Under the pieces are notes generated by a model that was given only the letters and a program-made list of their open reading frames with translations, ran no database searches and was not told the origin of the DNA. Position numbers and translations under genes: made by a program. 64,000 bases of DNA from Octopus vulgaris (taxonomy: Eukaryota), in NCBI GenBank assembly GCA_951406725.2, contig OX597820.1, positions 95,232,001 through 95,296,000 of the forward strand, read 5' to 3'. Positions 47,686-61,228 of this stretch are shown here, one piece after another; position 1 is the first letter of the stretch, and each line of letters begins with the position of its first letter.

Positions 47686-47803
47686 AGTGAACCAGGGAAA
47701 AAGAGGAGGCTTGAAAAGCCCGTCTATAAGGTCAGAACTAATGTGGCACCCAGTTCCCGTATAGCAAGTTCTCGAAATACTTTAGTTTACAATCCAAGGC
47801 GAG
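47686..47803 (+). CDS. KIFC1: Kinesin-14 exon 3 (basic tail)
   Basis: actag| SEPGKKRRLEKPVYKVR...YNPRR G|gtaagt, phase 0/1. Confidence 0.8.
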
Positions 47804-47833
47804 GTAAGTTTGCTTTCAAAGTATCATTATTAA

Positions 47834-48054
47834 CTCTTTAGCATTTAATCAGGCCATATCCAGATCAAATATTCTACCATTTTCTATGTTAAAACTGACC
47901 AGATTCAACCAATTACACCTACTCTACAATGTCATTCTAAGAACATACAAACACACCATTGAAATTGCAAAGCTACAAGATAATGTATGGTTAATTCAAA
48001 GCAAAATAGATGAATAAGTATTACATCTGACAAAGCAACCTGAATGCTAAAGGG
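47834..48054. mobile_element. piggyBac-type MITE, same family
   Basis: TTAA-CtCTTTAGCATT...AATGCTAAAGGG-TTAA. Confidence 0.85.
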
Positions 48055-48154
48055 TTAATGTTTCTCATTGTTTAGAAAATTTCTTTAATTATTAATTTTT
48101 AATTAAAAAAAAAAATCTTTTGTGTCATTCATAAAAAATATTTTTTTATACATA

Positions 48155-48547
48155 GGCGCAGGAGTGGCTGTGTGGTAAGTATCTTGCTTACCAGCCACAT
48201 GGTTCTGGGTTCAGTCTCACTGCGTGGCACCTTGGGCAAGTGTCTTCTTCTATAGCCTCAGGCCGACCAAAGCCTTGTGAGTGGATTTGGTAGACGGAAA
48301 CTGAAAGAAGCCCGTCATATATATGTATATATATATATGTTTGTGTGTGTGTTTGTCCCCCCAACATTGCTTGACAACCGATGCTGGTGTGTTTACGTCC
48401 CCGTAACTTAGCGGTTTGGCAAAAGAGACCGATAGAATAAGTAGAAGGCTTACAAAGAATACGTCCCGGGGTCAATTTGCTCGACTAAAAGGCAGTGCTC
48501 TAGCATGGCCGCAGTCAAATGACAAATAAGTAAAAGAGTAAAAGAGT
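48155..48547 (+). mobile_element. Full-length SINE family A
   Basis: A-box tggctgtgtgg, B-box gggttcagtc, internal (TA)n(TG)n, tail (gtaaaaga)n. Confidence 0.9.
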
Positions 48548-49495
48548 TACAATTTATTTTATAAATGTAATTTTATTTTGTTATGCATTGGCATATCTGT
48601 ATGGTTAAGAAGTTTGTTTTGCAATCTCTTAGTTTCAAATTCAGTCCCATCGCTCAACATCTTGGGCAAATGTGTTCTTTTATAGCTCTATGCCAACCAG
48701 TGCTTTGTGAGTGAATCTGGAAGACATTGTGTGGAAGCCAGTACACACACACATGTTAAAACTTGTTTTTATGTTATAAAAATACAATCTTACATTAAAC
48801 TGAAGGATTACTCAGTACTTTTGTAGAATACAAATTTAATTATTCTTCAACAAGAATAATATTGACAGGAACTTCAGAGTTTCAGCCAGCTAAGCAATCA
48901 TTGGACTGTAGTACATTTTGAGTTCATCTTGGCTTTATTTAGTCTCAGCTAAAAGTTTCTAGTGTAAACTGATATTGTTGAATGATAATTAGGATGTAGG
49001 ATAAGTTATGATGGAGGGGTGTTGTAGAAAATTTTATTCATTAAATTTAGGATTGTGTTATTCAGAATTTATTCATCTATGTAGAATTTTTGTTATCAGG
49101 TTTGTCTATTTAGGTATGTCAGCATGGCTGCAGTCCCATGACTGAAGCAAATAAGCTAAAAGATGTGTGTGTGTGTGTGTATATATACACACACTCACGG
49201 GGTGGTTGGTGTTAGGAAGGGCATCCAGCCGTAGAAACATTGCCAGATCAGACTGGGCCTGGTGCAGCCTTCTGGCTTCCCAAACCCCAGTTGAACCGTC
49301 CAACCCATGCTAGCATGGAAAGCGGACGCTAAACGATATATGATTTGGGTCCCATGCTTGTAGTTAGAAATATATTATTTTACATTTTGGCTAAAATTAC
49401 AATGTATTTACAATGATTTTGTTCCCTTGGACTCTAATTTAGCATAGCAGTCAGATATTACAAAAGTAAAATTTATTGTATTTCACTGTGTCTAG

Positions 49496-49612
49496 AAACT
49501 ATGCCTGCACGTGGAAATGCTATTATGAATAGTACTGTTGCTAAACCAGATAAAAGTGTTGCTGCAGTTAGACCAACTTTGTCTGTCTCTCCTATTGAAG
49601 CAAGTAAACAAA
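49496..49612 (+). CDS. KIFC1: Kinesin-14 exon 4
   Basis: tctag| (E)TMPARGNAIM...IEASKQ A|gtaagt, phase 1/1. Confidence 0.8.
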
Positions 49613-51017
49613 GTAAGTAGGTTATTGTTTCTTTCTTTCTCTCTTCTTTTTTTGTCTAACCTCACCACTTAGTGTATGGGTAATTAAAGACATAATTACC
49701 AGTTGTCACAGCTTTTCTTTTTTTCTTTTTTTTTACCCCATTTGGCACCCTATCAATTTTGTAAGAGGAAGTGGCATGCTTGACAAAAATCAATCCTACC
49801 CATTTTTTCTCCTGGTGTGTGTCTTGGACACAGACTTTCAAAGCTACTAATACAGAGAATCACTGCTTTTCACAAGAATACTGTGGTTATAGGGATTTAC
49901 ATCTTTAATCCCATTTTAAAGTGCAAACAGTATTAAGAAATTCATTCAAGATTTGCAACTCTTGTCTTTTGAAAGAAGCCTGCAAGACACCAGTATCTGT
50001 TGATTAAATTGTTCTTCACCGTTACGTTTATTTTGTTGATTTCTGCTGGTAAAGATGAAAGGTAAAGTTGGTATTCTATTGATACTTTATTTATTGCAGA
50101 GAAGTGAAGCAGCCAAGATTTTAACTTAGACTGAGAGAATATATTTATATTAAAATAGAATATATTTTATTTACTCTGGCATTACTTTGGTAGTATTGAT
50201 AGACAACTATTAATTATTACGATCTATGTGTTGCCAATGTTTGAGGTTCATCAGTAAAACTTTGGTAAAATTTGTTATTCTTTGTTATTACCGGCTACTG
50301 TTCTTATAGCTACTGCTATTTTTGGCTGTTAAAGGTTTTAATGGAACTATCTTAGATTACACCAATTTAGATATTGTTTTTATTTTCTGTGTGAATGGAA
50401 TCTAAATTTTTGGCTGAGTTTTCACACATGTTCCCACACTATGTTTTGACTTTGTCTGTAATACTTTTTGGGAACAGGGTGGGTAAGTTTAATAAAATAA
50501 CAGTAATATACTAGGGATGATTTAGTCAGTTATTTTCCCCTATCAAATTGATTTTGAGCTTCAGGTAAAAATTATGTTGAGACCAAGAGACTAAATTTGA
50601 TAAGCTTTTTTAAAGTGTTCAATTTTTACTTACTGTATGCAGTAAGTTTTTCTTTGCCATGTTGTATAATATGTACTAGTTGAGTAATTGGATGGAAGAC
50701 TTTAACCACTTAACCATCTATAGTGATTCATTTTACTGGAACCTTCTTTTATAGATATAATGACAGTTATATGACTAAATGCTACATTATTTTCAAATTT
50801 TTTTGAAACAAAGGCTATGTGTTTCAATGCAAATAATGTAACTCAGCCCTGCATTTCCATATAATACCTACTTAGAGGTATATGGATTGTGTCATTTACG
50901 TTAAATGCTTTCACTAAGTGCTTAACATCTTTGCATCAGTGACAGAATAAAAATTTTCTAGAAGATTGCATTCTATTTATCTCTTCTGACTGTAAATGCC
51001 TGTAGATTTGCAATATA

Positions 51018-51537
51018 TGGTAATGCCTTGATATACGAGTTAATTTGTTCCTAGGAAAGTGTTTTACCTATAAAATTTATAATACTCATAAATAAATGGC
51101 AATAAAACAACAGGAGAATGTAAAGAATATTTTATGTAAATTAAAAAGAATGTCAAGATCATTTATAATAAAAAATATTATTATCGTTTTCTGAATCACT
51201 TTCACTTGGCTTTGTTTTTCCCGTTGTATTGCCATCATGCATTTTTACAATTTCATACTTTGCTCCCAAAGTAATGGATTTTCATTTCTTTTTGTTCCCC
51301 TTGGTGTCCATTGTACTTATGTTTAGACATATTGGGTAGGTTTTCAAAAATGCTAAAAATAATAGTGTAAATACATGTATACTATATAAAATATGCGGCA
51401 TGAAGACTTAACTTATAATAATCTCTCTCAACAAAGTGCGAGCACAAACTAAGGCTGTTTAGCCTTTTTATTATAAAATAAAACTCGTAAACCTGGTGTC
51501 TTGTAAAACGGGTCCTCATAAAGTGAGGTATTACTGT
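51018..51537 (-). mobile_element. Tigger/pogo-derived non-autonomous element
   Basis: ggtaatgccttg / tgaggtattactg ends. Minus-strand KSITLGAKYEIVK resembles the CENP-B-type N-terminal HTH. Confidence 0.65.
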
Positions 51538-51552
51538 TGTTGTACTTTTAAC

Positions 51553-52232
51553 TTTCTGGGCAAACTTCTTCTTTTCTGCTACATCTTTGGCTATGTATAC
51601 CTGCCGCCCAGCCTCCCTTTTGCCTACCTGGTACAGTTCCCTGCTACCCCCATCCCTCCAGGCTTTCCAGGCCTGTTTCTTTGCACTAATGGCTATGTCT
51701 ACTGCACTATTCCACCACCACGTAACTCTAGGTCTGGAAGGGACTTTGCACCATCCACAGACTTGGTCTGTGGCACTCAGCAAGCTGTCCCGTAGGAATT
51801 TCCAGCTACCTTCTATGTCCGACGTCTGTAGCTCCTCCTCCCTCTCATCAAATTTCTTGATGAGGATGTCCCTAAATCTCTGACCATGTGAAGGGTTCTT
51901 TAGCTTCCAAATCCTTCTTTTCTGGATTGGTCTGTTTCTTGCAATCCTTCTGGCCTCAAGCCTAAAATCACTAATGATTAGCCTATGCTGAGGGGGTACA
52001 TTCTTCACCCTGGAGGGTCTTTGTATTTAAGAGCAACCCTGCATCCCGCTGTATGGTGAGGATGAAGTCTATTTGGCTAGCGGAGTCTCCTGACTGATAG
52101 GTTATTAGGTGGCAGTCAGGCTTCCTGAAGTTAGTGTTGCAGATTAAAAGGTTACATGCATCACAGAATTCCAGTAGTCTAGTTCCCTCATCATTTCTGG
52201 TGCCAATACCATGGCCACCGTGTACCCCAGTG
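51553..52232 (-). mobile_element. RTE LINE endonuclease/linker fragment
   Basis: QIDFIL, PQHRLIISDF, RIWKLK, TWWWN motifs. Confidence 0.9.
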
Positions 52233-53489
52233 AAAATAAAATGACTAAGTATAATTTGTTTGCAACTGCAAATTTTAAATTCTGGTGAAAATCAATGCAA
52301 ATTTGATTATACATATTCAGAAGTTAGTTGTAGACAATAGATGAATGACATGTTTCAAATAGGAAGGCATGATTTTCAATCAGCTGGTGATATTTATGCA
52401 ATACAGGTATTAGATTAATAGATTGCCTGTTCCTGATAATATCCTCAGTTGTGAAGTATAGTAAATAATTAATCTCTGTAATTTGAGGGATATATGTCCT
52501 GTAAGCATGGCTGTATTTCTTCTCAGTCCTGGCACTGGGATGTCTGGTACTATAGGCCCAGGCTGGTCAAAGCCTTGTGAATGGATTTGGTTGATGGAAA
52601 CTGAAAAGAAGTCCATTATGTGTATAAAAAGCATCCAGTACAGTCTGTAAAGTGATTGGCATTAGGAAGGGCATCCAATTGTAGAAATCATGACAAAACA
52701 GACATTGGAGCTTGGTGTGGCTCCTGGCCTTGCCAGCTCTTGTCAAACTGTCCAACCCATGCCAGCATGGAAAACTTTCTCACTATAAAATGGTGTTTGG
52801 ATCATAAATAAATGTGAAATTTTGATGGATAGTTTTAATTTAGAATACTTTAAAACAAGAAGCTTGTATCATAGAACCAGGGGCTATCTTGTGCGGGTTG
52901 GTATCAAAAGTGTTAAGGAGCAAAGGGCTCCTAACCCTAACCCTAATTCTTTTTTTTTTTTTTGGGATGGGGTGATTCAGCCTGGTACTCGTCAGTTTGA
53001 AAACCATGCTAGGATTGCATGGTTTTACAACTGGCATCACCAACCAGTCTGTGGAATATTTGATACCAAACTACACAAAAAGAGTAAATTTTAAAATTGC
53101 ATTTATTTTTATTGACTATTGCTGTCTGCTTGGTGTTTTTACACAATATATATGTATTATATGTGTAATGATTGAATTATATAGTTATCATTTGACATCA
53201 GTTTTCTATGCTGGCATGACAGGAGCTGAAGAGCTGCCCACGCTCCATGTCTGTTTTGGCATGGTTTCTATGGTTGGCTGCCTTTCCACTTTATAAGGTG
53301 GATGCCAACCACTTTATAAGGTGTACTGGATGCAGCTATAGTACGGGTGGTTTACACTTTGTGTTTTGTAATGTGCCTGATCCTCTGGTCCATGGAAAAA
53401 TTGTCTTGCATGAAGCCAGTCCATGGTGCAAAAGAGGTCAGAGCCTGCTGATTTATATTAATATTTTTTCTTTCTTTTTTGTTTTAAAG

Positions 53490-53709
53490 AGTTGAAAAAA
53501 AGACCCGCATGGGACCTGAAGGGTCGTATTCAAGACATGGAAGAGCAGTTAAAAAACAAGAATACATTAGAACGACAATTATATGCGATGACTAGTCGTA
53601 TTGATCAACTGGAGAGTCAAAAAGAACATTTGACTGGCACTGTTAATGAGAAGGAAGAATTTGCCACTAACGTTTCTAAAGAAGTTGAAGATTTAAAGCG
53701 TACCTTGCG
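53490..53709 (+). CDS. KIFC1: Kinesin-14 exon 5 (KRPAWDLKGR motif, start of stalk)
   Basis: ttaaag| acceptor phase 1, KKRPAWDLKGR typical of KIFC1/XCTK2, CG|gtaaga phase 2. Confidence 0.92.
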
Positions 53710-53905
53710 GTAAGATTTTGCTCTTTTGATTTTTTAGCATTCCTATGATCTGGTAGCCCATTTCATCTCATTACACCCAATATCATTATAAGTCATTTGA
53801 ACTAGCTATTGTCAGCCATTTTCTTACTTTTAGTGAAAAACAACAATTTTGAGCTCTACAGTTGCTCCTTTGAATTTTTTTCATTCATATTTTTTGTTAA
53901 TTTTG

Positions 53906-54198
53906 TTTGTTCATTCTTGAGCCATGCCTGGCTTATAAGGGCCGGTTTCCTTGGTGTATAGGTTCCCCACCTGGATGGGATGCCGGTCCGTTGCAGGGGA
54001 GCTGCAAGATGCAGGAGGAAAGAGTGAGAGAAAGTTGTGGCGAAAGAATCAGCAGAAGTTCACCATTACCTTCTGCCAGAGCCACGTGGAGCTTAGGTGT
54101 TTCACTCATAAACACACACATCGCCCGGTCTGAGATTCAAACCCGCGATCCCTCGACCGCGAGTCCGCTGCTCTAACCACTAGGCCATTTGCCTCCAC
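53906..54198 (-). mobile_element. tRNA-derived SINE (well-preserved tRNA-like head)
   Basis: Minus-strand tggcctagtggttagagc A-box and gggtttgaatc B-box followed by a non-tRNA body. Confidence 0.8.
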
Positions 54199-54595
54199 TT
54201 TTTTGTTAGTAAGGAAAGAAAATATGGATTTTGTAAATTTTGACTTATAATGAAATAAGGGTGAAACTATTTTACATTTCTTTATTTTTGTTCCACAGTA
54301 ATACTTATGTATAACCAAACAAAATATCATGTTTTCACCAAAAGCAAGTTACAGTGAATGTTATAGGTGTTATACTTGGTATCTTCTCAATTGAGTGTTA
54401 CCTGTTCAGTCATGAATTTGGAGTGGAAGATGTCAGGCAAGCAATCTGAGAAAAATGGTATTGTCTTTGCTTGGAGCCACAAGAAATGTTTGAAACTCAT
54501 GTTAGTGTAAATAATAGTCCACCTCAACCCTTAAAATTATTTTGATGTTGCTGCTAAACTGCTAAACTGATTTCTCTGTTTCTTTTTTTTTATAG

Positions 54596-54785
54596 TACTA
54601 AAGAGGATGAGATCTTTGAAATGTCCACTAAGTTCCGAAGAGAAATGGATGAGATAACCAGGAGAGAGTCTACTTTGTCAGCTCAGCTGAATGGTAAAGA
54701 ACTAGAAGTAATTGCTCTTCAGTCATCCCTAGCTGAACAGTCAGCTGCTCATGCAACTATTCGGGCAGACTTGGAAGTAGCTAAG
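54596..54785 (+). CDS. KIFC1: Kinesin-14 exon 6 (coiled coil)
   Basis: tatag| phase 2, TKEDEIFEMSTKFRREMDE...ADLEVAK |gtgaga. Confidence 0.9.
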
Positions 54786-57133
54786 GTGAGAAAAAATTAA
54801 ATTAACTTCTAATCCAATGTTGGCAATTTTAATTAAAAAATTATTTATTTTTTCATTAAATTCTTAATGTATCAAAAATATGGAAAGAATTGAAATTTAA
54901 ACTAAAATTTTATGAAGAATTTGAACATTTTTAATGGTTGTGAATTTGTATTTTTGTCATTTTATATAAATTTTTTTCTTTTTGTTTTCATTTTCATCGA
55001 ATTTCGAATATGGTTTGAATTTAAATTTGATCTTTTTTGTTGTTTTCTTTATCAATTTTGGTCTTTAAAAAACTTTTCACTTAATTATATTGATGTTTCA
55101 AACAGTCTCTGTACACTCATACACATACAAGAGACTGTTTGAAACTTATTATTAAGTTTTCAAAAACTGGAATTCGGAAAAAAAAAAACAAACAAAAAAA
55201 AACTAAAAGCAATTTCTCAACCTGCTCAAGACTCCCTGGTGCCATGATACAAATTTCAATCATTGTTATCATCTTTTATTTAACATTGCTTGCGTGGGTC
55301 AGATGAAATTTGTTAAGGTAGATTTTCTACAGCCCTTCCTCTCGCCAAATTTTACTTGTTTCCAAGCAAACTATTATTTCTCATGCTCAGGTATGTTTCT
55401 CTTGAAGGATAGGAAAAGAATAACATCATTTTTATGATGGTACTCCTTTATGCTCATCATGTTGATGTCAAGGCAAGGGTGCATACATACACATATAGAC
55501 AGTTGGCTTCTTCCAGTTTCTGGCAATATTAATCCATTTACAATGCTTTGATTGGCCTAGAGCTATAGCAGAAGAGACTAGCCCAAGGCACTGCGATGTT
55601 GATTTATACTTCAAACGCCAGTTTAACAATTTCAGAATTATTTCATTAGATTCTCTATTATTTTACAAATTAATTGAAAGAAAGGCAGTGTATTTCAACA
55701 GAAATATGGTAACAAAAGTGCTAAATAAACTAAAATCAAAATTGAAACTTCATTTTAAATTAATGACAAAGAAAAAAATTAAATTAAATGACAGAACTAT
55801 AATCCTACACCCCCCCCCCCGTAAAATGATAAGTAGGTTTTGGATAGTATCATGTTGCAGTCTGTACTCAATCCCAATTTTTTTCAGCTATCAGAAAGCT
55901 TTATATTACTCTATGAATGAAACAAGGGTTAGCTAAGAGTCTGAAAACAAGTGTGAGGACAAACTAATGAAATTGCTTTGGACAAGCAAAAGCTTACAGT
56001 GACTGATATTCTTCTTGCAAAGATTCCCTATTCCATGGTTTGCTGCTGCTTTTCTGAACTAGTTAACTGCTTTCCATATCCATACATTGTACTTGACTCT
56101 TCTACAGGTGTTTTTTTTTTTCACTTGTTGAATCTGGAGGAAGAGGTAGTCCCACAGTCTTTATAGTCCTTCCAAGACTGGTCAGATTGTATCTCATCTC
56201 ACAAATTCAATGCTAAAAATTGTTCAATCATATTCTTTTCAAAACATTGCAGTACTTTTATCCACATTTTCCCTATAGATGTCAACTTCTGTTACTCTCC
56301 TGTGGTTCAAATGGAAAAATCAACTACATAAGTATAGGAGGTCCTGCAAAGATTATGAGCACTGTTCTCCCTCTTCCCATTGAGCAATTAAAAAAATGCA
56401 CATTCAGTCTTCTAGAGAGACGACTGCACTGGTATGGTCATGTAATGCGTTTGACTGAAGACAGTTGCATCAAGAAATGCTGAGCTCTAATTGTGGAGGG
56501 AGCTGGTGCTGTGTAAAAACATCTAGTATACTCTGTAAAGTGGTTGGCATTAGGAAGGGCATCCAGCCATAGAAACCATGCCAAAACCAACTTAGAGCCC
56601 AGATGGCTTTTCAGCTGGTCATCTCCTGTCATACTCATGCCAGCATGGAAAAAGGATGTTAAATGATGATGTATGTGTTCATCCCACAAGGCCCATACCT
56701 GATACGTCAGCACCCTCTTTTTCTCTCTTTCCAGCTCCACATTGATTATTCTCACCCACTCTTGTATAATGTGTATAGTCTTGTATCTCCTCCACCACAA
56801 GAAATTTATTCTGGTACTTCCTTTCACACTTGAACCTTTCATCTCCTACTCTCTACTATAACCCTATTCAATTGAAGGGGGTCTTAAGCTTACAAATTAC
56901 ATGGCAACCTCTCATGTGCTGGTGCAATAGAAAAGTATCCAGTACACTCTATAGAATGACTGGCATTAGTAAATGCATCCACCTTTAGGAGTCATACCAA
57001 AGCAGATTTTGGTGCATGATGCAATCCTCCAATCTGTTGGGTTCTTTCAAACTATCAAGCCCATATCAGTAAGGAAGATGGATGTTAAAAGATGATGATA
57101 TTGATACTGATGATTGACTTTCTCTTGTTTCAG

Positions 57134-57301
57134 CTCAATTTTGAATCTGCTCAGAAGGATATCGTTTCAAAAGGGTTGCACATCGATGAACTTAAACAAA
57201 CTGTTCAAAACTTGGAAGCAATTATAGCAGATAATAAACAGAAGATACTTGAGCATGAAACCGTTCGTCGCAAGCTGCACAATACTATATTAGAATTGAA
57301 G
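57134..57301 (+). CDS. KIFC1: Kinesin-14 exon 7 (stalk/neck)
   Basis: tttcag| LNFESAQ...ETVRRKLHNTILELK |gtgagt. Confidence 0.95.
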
Positions 57302-57759
57302 GTGAGTGTAATTTAAACACCAGTGTTAGCTTTGCTTTGATTATTCTTTTGACTTGCTCTCTGTTTTTGTATTCAGCTGATTTTCTAAAATCTGAATGTG
57401 GTTCTGTTGTCTCATTTTTTTTTCTCTAGTTAGTTTCTATGTATCATATTACTTTAATCATGTCTTCTGAGATAAAGCTCATGAGAAATTACTTACCTGG
57501 TTACTGAATCACCAATCTTTAAATTTGATAATTGATAGTATTTAATAGGTGCAGACATGGCTGCATAATTAAGAAGCTTGCTTCCAAACCATGTGGTTAT
57601 GGGGTCAGTCCCACTGTACAGCACTTTAGGTAAGCATCATCTACTTATTCTAGGCTGACTAGATCCTTGTAAGTCAGTTTGACAGATGGAAACTGAAAGA
57701 AACGCATCCTATATATATGTATGTATATAGATATATAGATATATGTGTATATATATATG

Positions 57760-57805
<46 letters not shown>

Positions 57806-57926
57806 AAATCCCATTCTGTGTGTGTGTATAAAATATTATTATGGACATATTTTTCAACTGGTTTTCTTCAAACTGGGAACATACATTACTTATGTTCCAG
57901 AGATGGTTTTAGACTCTTTAAATTTT

Positions 57927-59518
57927 TCACATAATGAGGAACGGACTCCCTGGGGGCAGAAAATACCTGTTCCTGGGTTACGTGGACAAGGGAGATAACT
58001 CTTTGCAAAGTAACTTTCAGAAATTGGATTGTCTCCTTCACATCCATTGGTCATAAAAAAAATATAAAAATATTGTTTTTTATATTAGATTCACGTCTTT
58101 GAAAGTCTTTTTAAAATACATATTTCTGGTTTTCATGCACCAGTGATGTCTATATCTCTATCCATCTATCTATATCTCTCTATCCATCTCTGTATCTATC
58201 TATCTGTCTATGTCTTATCTGTATCATTTGTCTAACTAGCTAGCACTCTATATCTCACTCACTCTCTATTGTTTTCACTTCCATTTTTCAGGCACTATTG
58301 TTTTCACTGTAAGTTTTCAATCGATATTTACGAACAACAATGACAAATTCTGACAGAAGTTCACAATTACTGATGAAAGTAATTTCATACATTATTTACT
58401 GACAGAAGTAACTTACAAAAATTTCACTTAACTCCGTACACTTATTTAATTTCCCTAAAAATTTCTTATTTATGTTTGCAACGGTTTTTGTGTTTTTCTG
58501 TTGTTAACTGCTTTTTTCGGGTTCCTTTGATACTGGCTTTTTGGTTCACTGACAAATTTCGCTTCAGGCTGTACAATTCTTTTCTTTCCGTAAAACCTTA
58601 TTTACTTTCTGCCCATTGTATTAAATATAATTTGTTACCCAGTTATTTTCATTGTTTACTATCTTCTGCACCCATGTATTTCTGTATATGTATATAACCA
58701 TGCCTAGAAGGAAAGTGTCAAAGTCAGCCAAAAGAATGTCTCTGTCCAGGGAAAGAAAGGCAGCTGTAGAAAGGGAAGCATACCAAGAAATGAACAGACT
58801 GTCCACTACAAAAGCCAGGGCATCTCAAAGTGATAGACAGAGGTATGCACGGGTTACAAGGAATAGGATCTCCACTGCAAAATGAAGAGCAGTTGCAACA
58901 GCTCAGAGAAGCAGCTTCTATGAAGCTGCTTTCAATTATGATCCAGCAATTCATTATGGAGATTGCACTAGAGTTTCCATTAGTGCAATGACAACTGAGT
59001 GCATTACATTGTAAAGCAAGGAGAGACACCTGCACTGTGCTGCAGTGGTGGAAAGGTTAAACTCCCTGCAATCTCCTAACCTCCAGAGCCCTTAAAGAAA
59101 CTGTTGTCGTCAACTGACCAAGATTCCAAGCACTTCTAAAACAAAATTAGACAATACAATACTGCACTACAGATGACATTATTTGGAGTCTCATGTAAAA
59201 TTTCAAAATCTAAGGTTAGATTTATCATTGGATTGGCTCTCTACCACCTCTGTGAAATGAATCGCCAAAATCAGCCTTTTATTGTTTATAATTTGTACCC
59301 GTGTCTTGGTTATGAAATAAGCTACACAAAACGTGTTTTTGAATTACGTATATTTACTTTATATACATATATGAGTTGTAAACTTTCTTTTAACATTTCA
59401 CTTAATGTCTATGTTCCATGTTGGCATCTCAGCTATTAGCAATTGAGACCTGTGTAATCTAGATGGCGTTTTAAAATTTCATTATTCTCTTTAACCCAGG
59501 CAATGCCAGGTATTTCTG
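57927..59518 (+). mobile_element. Internally deleted Helitron
   Basis: AAFNYDP...CSGGKVKLP...PPEPLKKLL...SKHF..IRQYN..QMTLFG...IYHWIGSL (RepHel N-terminal region) and a 3' hairpin acccaggcaatgccaggt near 59494. 5' end approximate. Confidence 0.85.
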
Positions 59519-60034
59519 TGTCTTTGTGTTTGTCTACCACCATTGCTTGACAACCGGTGGTGGTGTGTTTACGTCACTGTAACTTAGCAGTTTGACAAAA
59601 GAAACTGATAGAATAAATACCAAGCTTTTAAAAAATGCGTGCTGGGTTCAGTACATTCGACTAAAGATTCTGCAAGGTTGTGCCCCAGCATGGCCACACT
59701 CTAATGACTGAAACAAACGAAAGACAAAAGATGAAAGATACTTCATGTATTAACAAAAAGGGGGAAGGCAGATATCTGATGTCTGGAAAAAGTTTGAACT
59801 TAACTTTGGTTCTCTATAGATTTTTCTAAATTCAGATAAGACATTGTTTAGTGAGTAAATTTACAGTTGGCTACCATTCAATCTTAGTAGTGTAGAAGTT
59901 GGAATGGTATTTGACCTCAGTCAATGTACTTCAGAAATTGTACTTTTAGTTTGATATTTGTATTTTTCTTAATTTCTTTTTTTTTTTTTTTTTTTTTTGC
60001 TTGAGTTTAAAGTAAGTTTCATTTTCTTCTGCAG

Positions 60035-60181
60035 GGAAACATTCGTGTGTTCTGCCGTGTCCGTCCTTTGCTTACAGATGAAATAAACTCTGGTCAAGGA
60101 GTAATTAGTCACATTAACTTCCCTGATGTTGATGGAAAGACAGTGGAACTTGAGAGTGCCTGCTCAAATACTCATAATGAA
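60035..60181 (+). CDS. KIFC1: Kinesin-14 exon 8 (neck/motor start)
   Basis: ctgcag| GNIRVFCRVRPLL...THNE |gttagt. LKGNIRVFCRVRP is the C-terminal-motor kinesin-14 signature. Confidence 0.95.
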
Positions 60182-60998
60182 GTTAGTCACCAAGATTTTT
60201 TATTCTACCTTTTCATACTTTTCTCCCTCTCAGTCATGCTTCTGTTACTGTCTGTCTTTGAAAGTAATAATTGACTGGCTCATTTAATTTGGGGTATTTG
60301 TTTGACCCCAGGTCAAACAAATTTGATCAAGTAAAATTTTGATAAGGTGTTCCAGCTGCAAGCAGTTCATCTTTCTATGTATCCATAACTACATTGTTTA
60401 ATGTAACCTTTTCACTTTTAAATTAATTAGTGAAGGTGTGTGGCTAAGTGGTTAGGGTGTTGCACTCATGATTATATAACATTGTGGTTTCAATTCTCAG
60501 GCCAGGATAGTGTGATGTGTTCTTGAGAAAAACACTTCATTTCATGCTGCTCAAGTCCACTTGGCTATAAATGAGCTCCAGCAATAGCCGAGAAGTTAAC
60601 CTTAAGAGGACTGGCGTTCTATTCAAGAGCGGATGAGTGCCGTAATCTCACTCATACACTATGGAAACTAGGTTAATCTCTGGCTCTATGAGTCTTAGAG
60701 TTCAGGACATACCTAACATGAAACCTAAGTAAGAGTGTGATTTGGTGAAGATTTGATTGCTACTTCTAGCAGATTCAATGGCTCACTAAAGGAATCTGTA
60801 TTTATTACAACACACTACTACTCTTTTGATTGTGAACTACTAAGCTTCATGTAGGAGCAGGACCTCTTGTTTACAGTTACACAAACTGGGCTCAAGCAGT
60901 TATGTATCCTACCTAAGAGTCAACTACAGTTATGTCTGATATCATGAACTTGTGTCACCAATAGTTATGCATCTTAACTTCTCAAACATTGTATTTGA

Positions 60999-61048
<50 letters not shown>

Positions 61049-61228
61049 AAAATATATTTGTGTGTCTGTATTCTGTTAATGAATTGCTATCAGAATGTCT
61101 TTGATGATTCATATGATCATAGAGCATCTCTGTTACTCTTCTTGCGTTTATGGGTCACTTGTGCCGGTGGCACGTGAACAAAACATTCGAGCGAGGTCGT
61201 TGCCAGTGCTGCTGTATGTATATATGTG

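Noticed and set aside
54121-54198. tRNA gene
   Set aside because: tRNA-like head runs into a SINE body and lacks a proper acceptor stem. The same applies to the other SINE heads.
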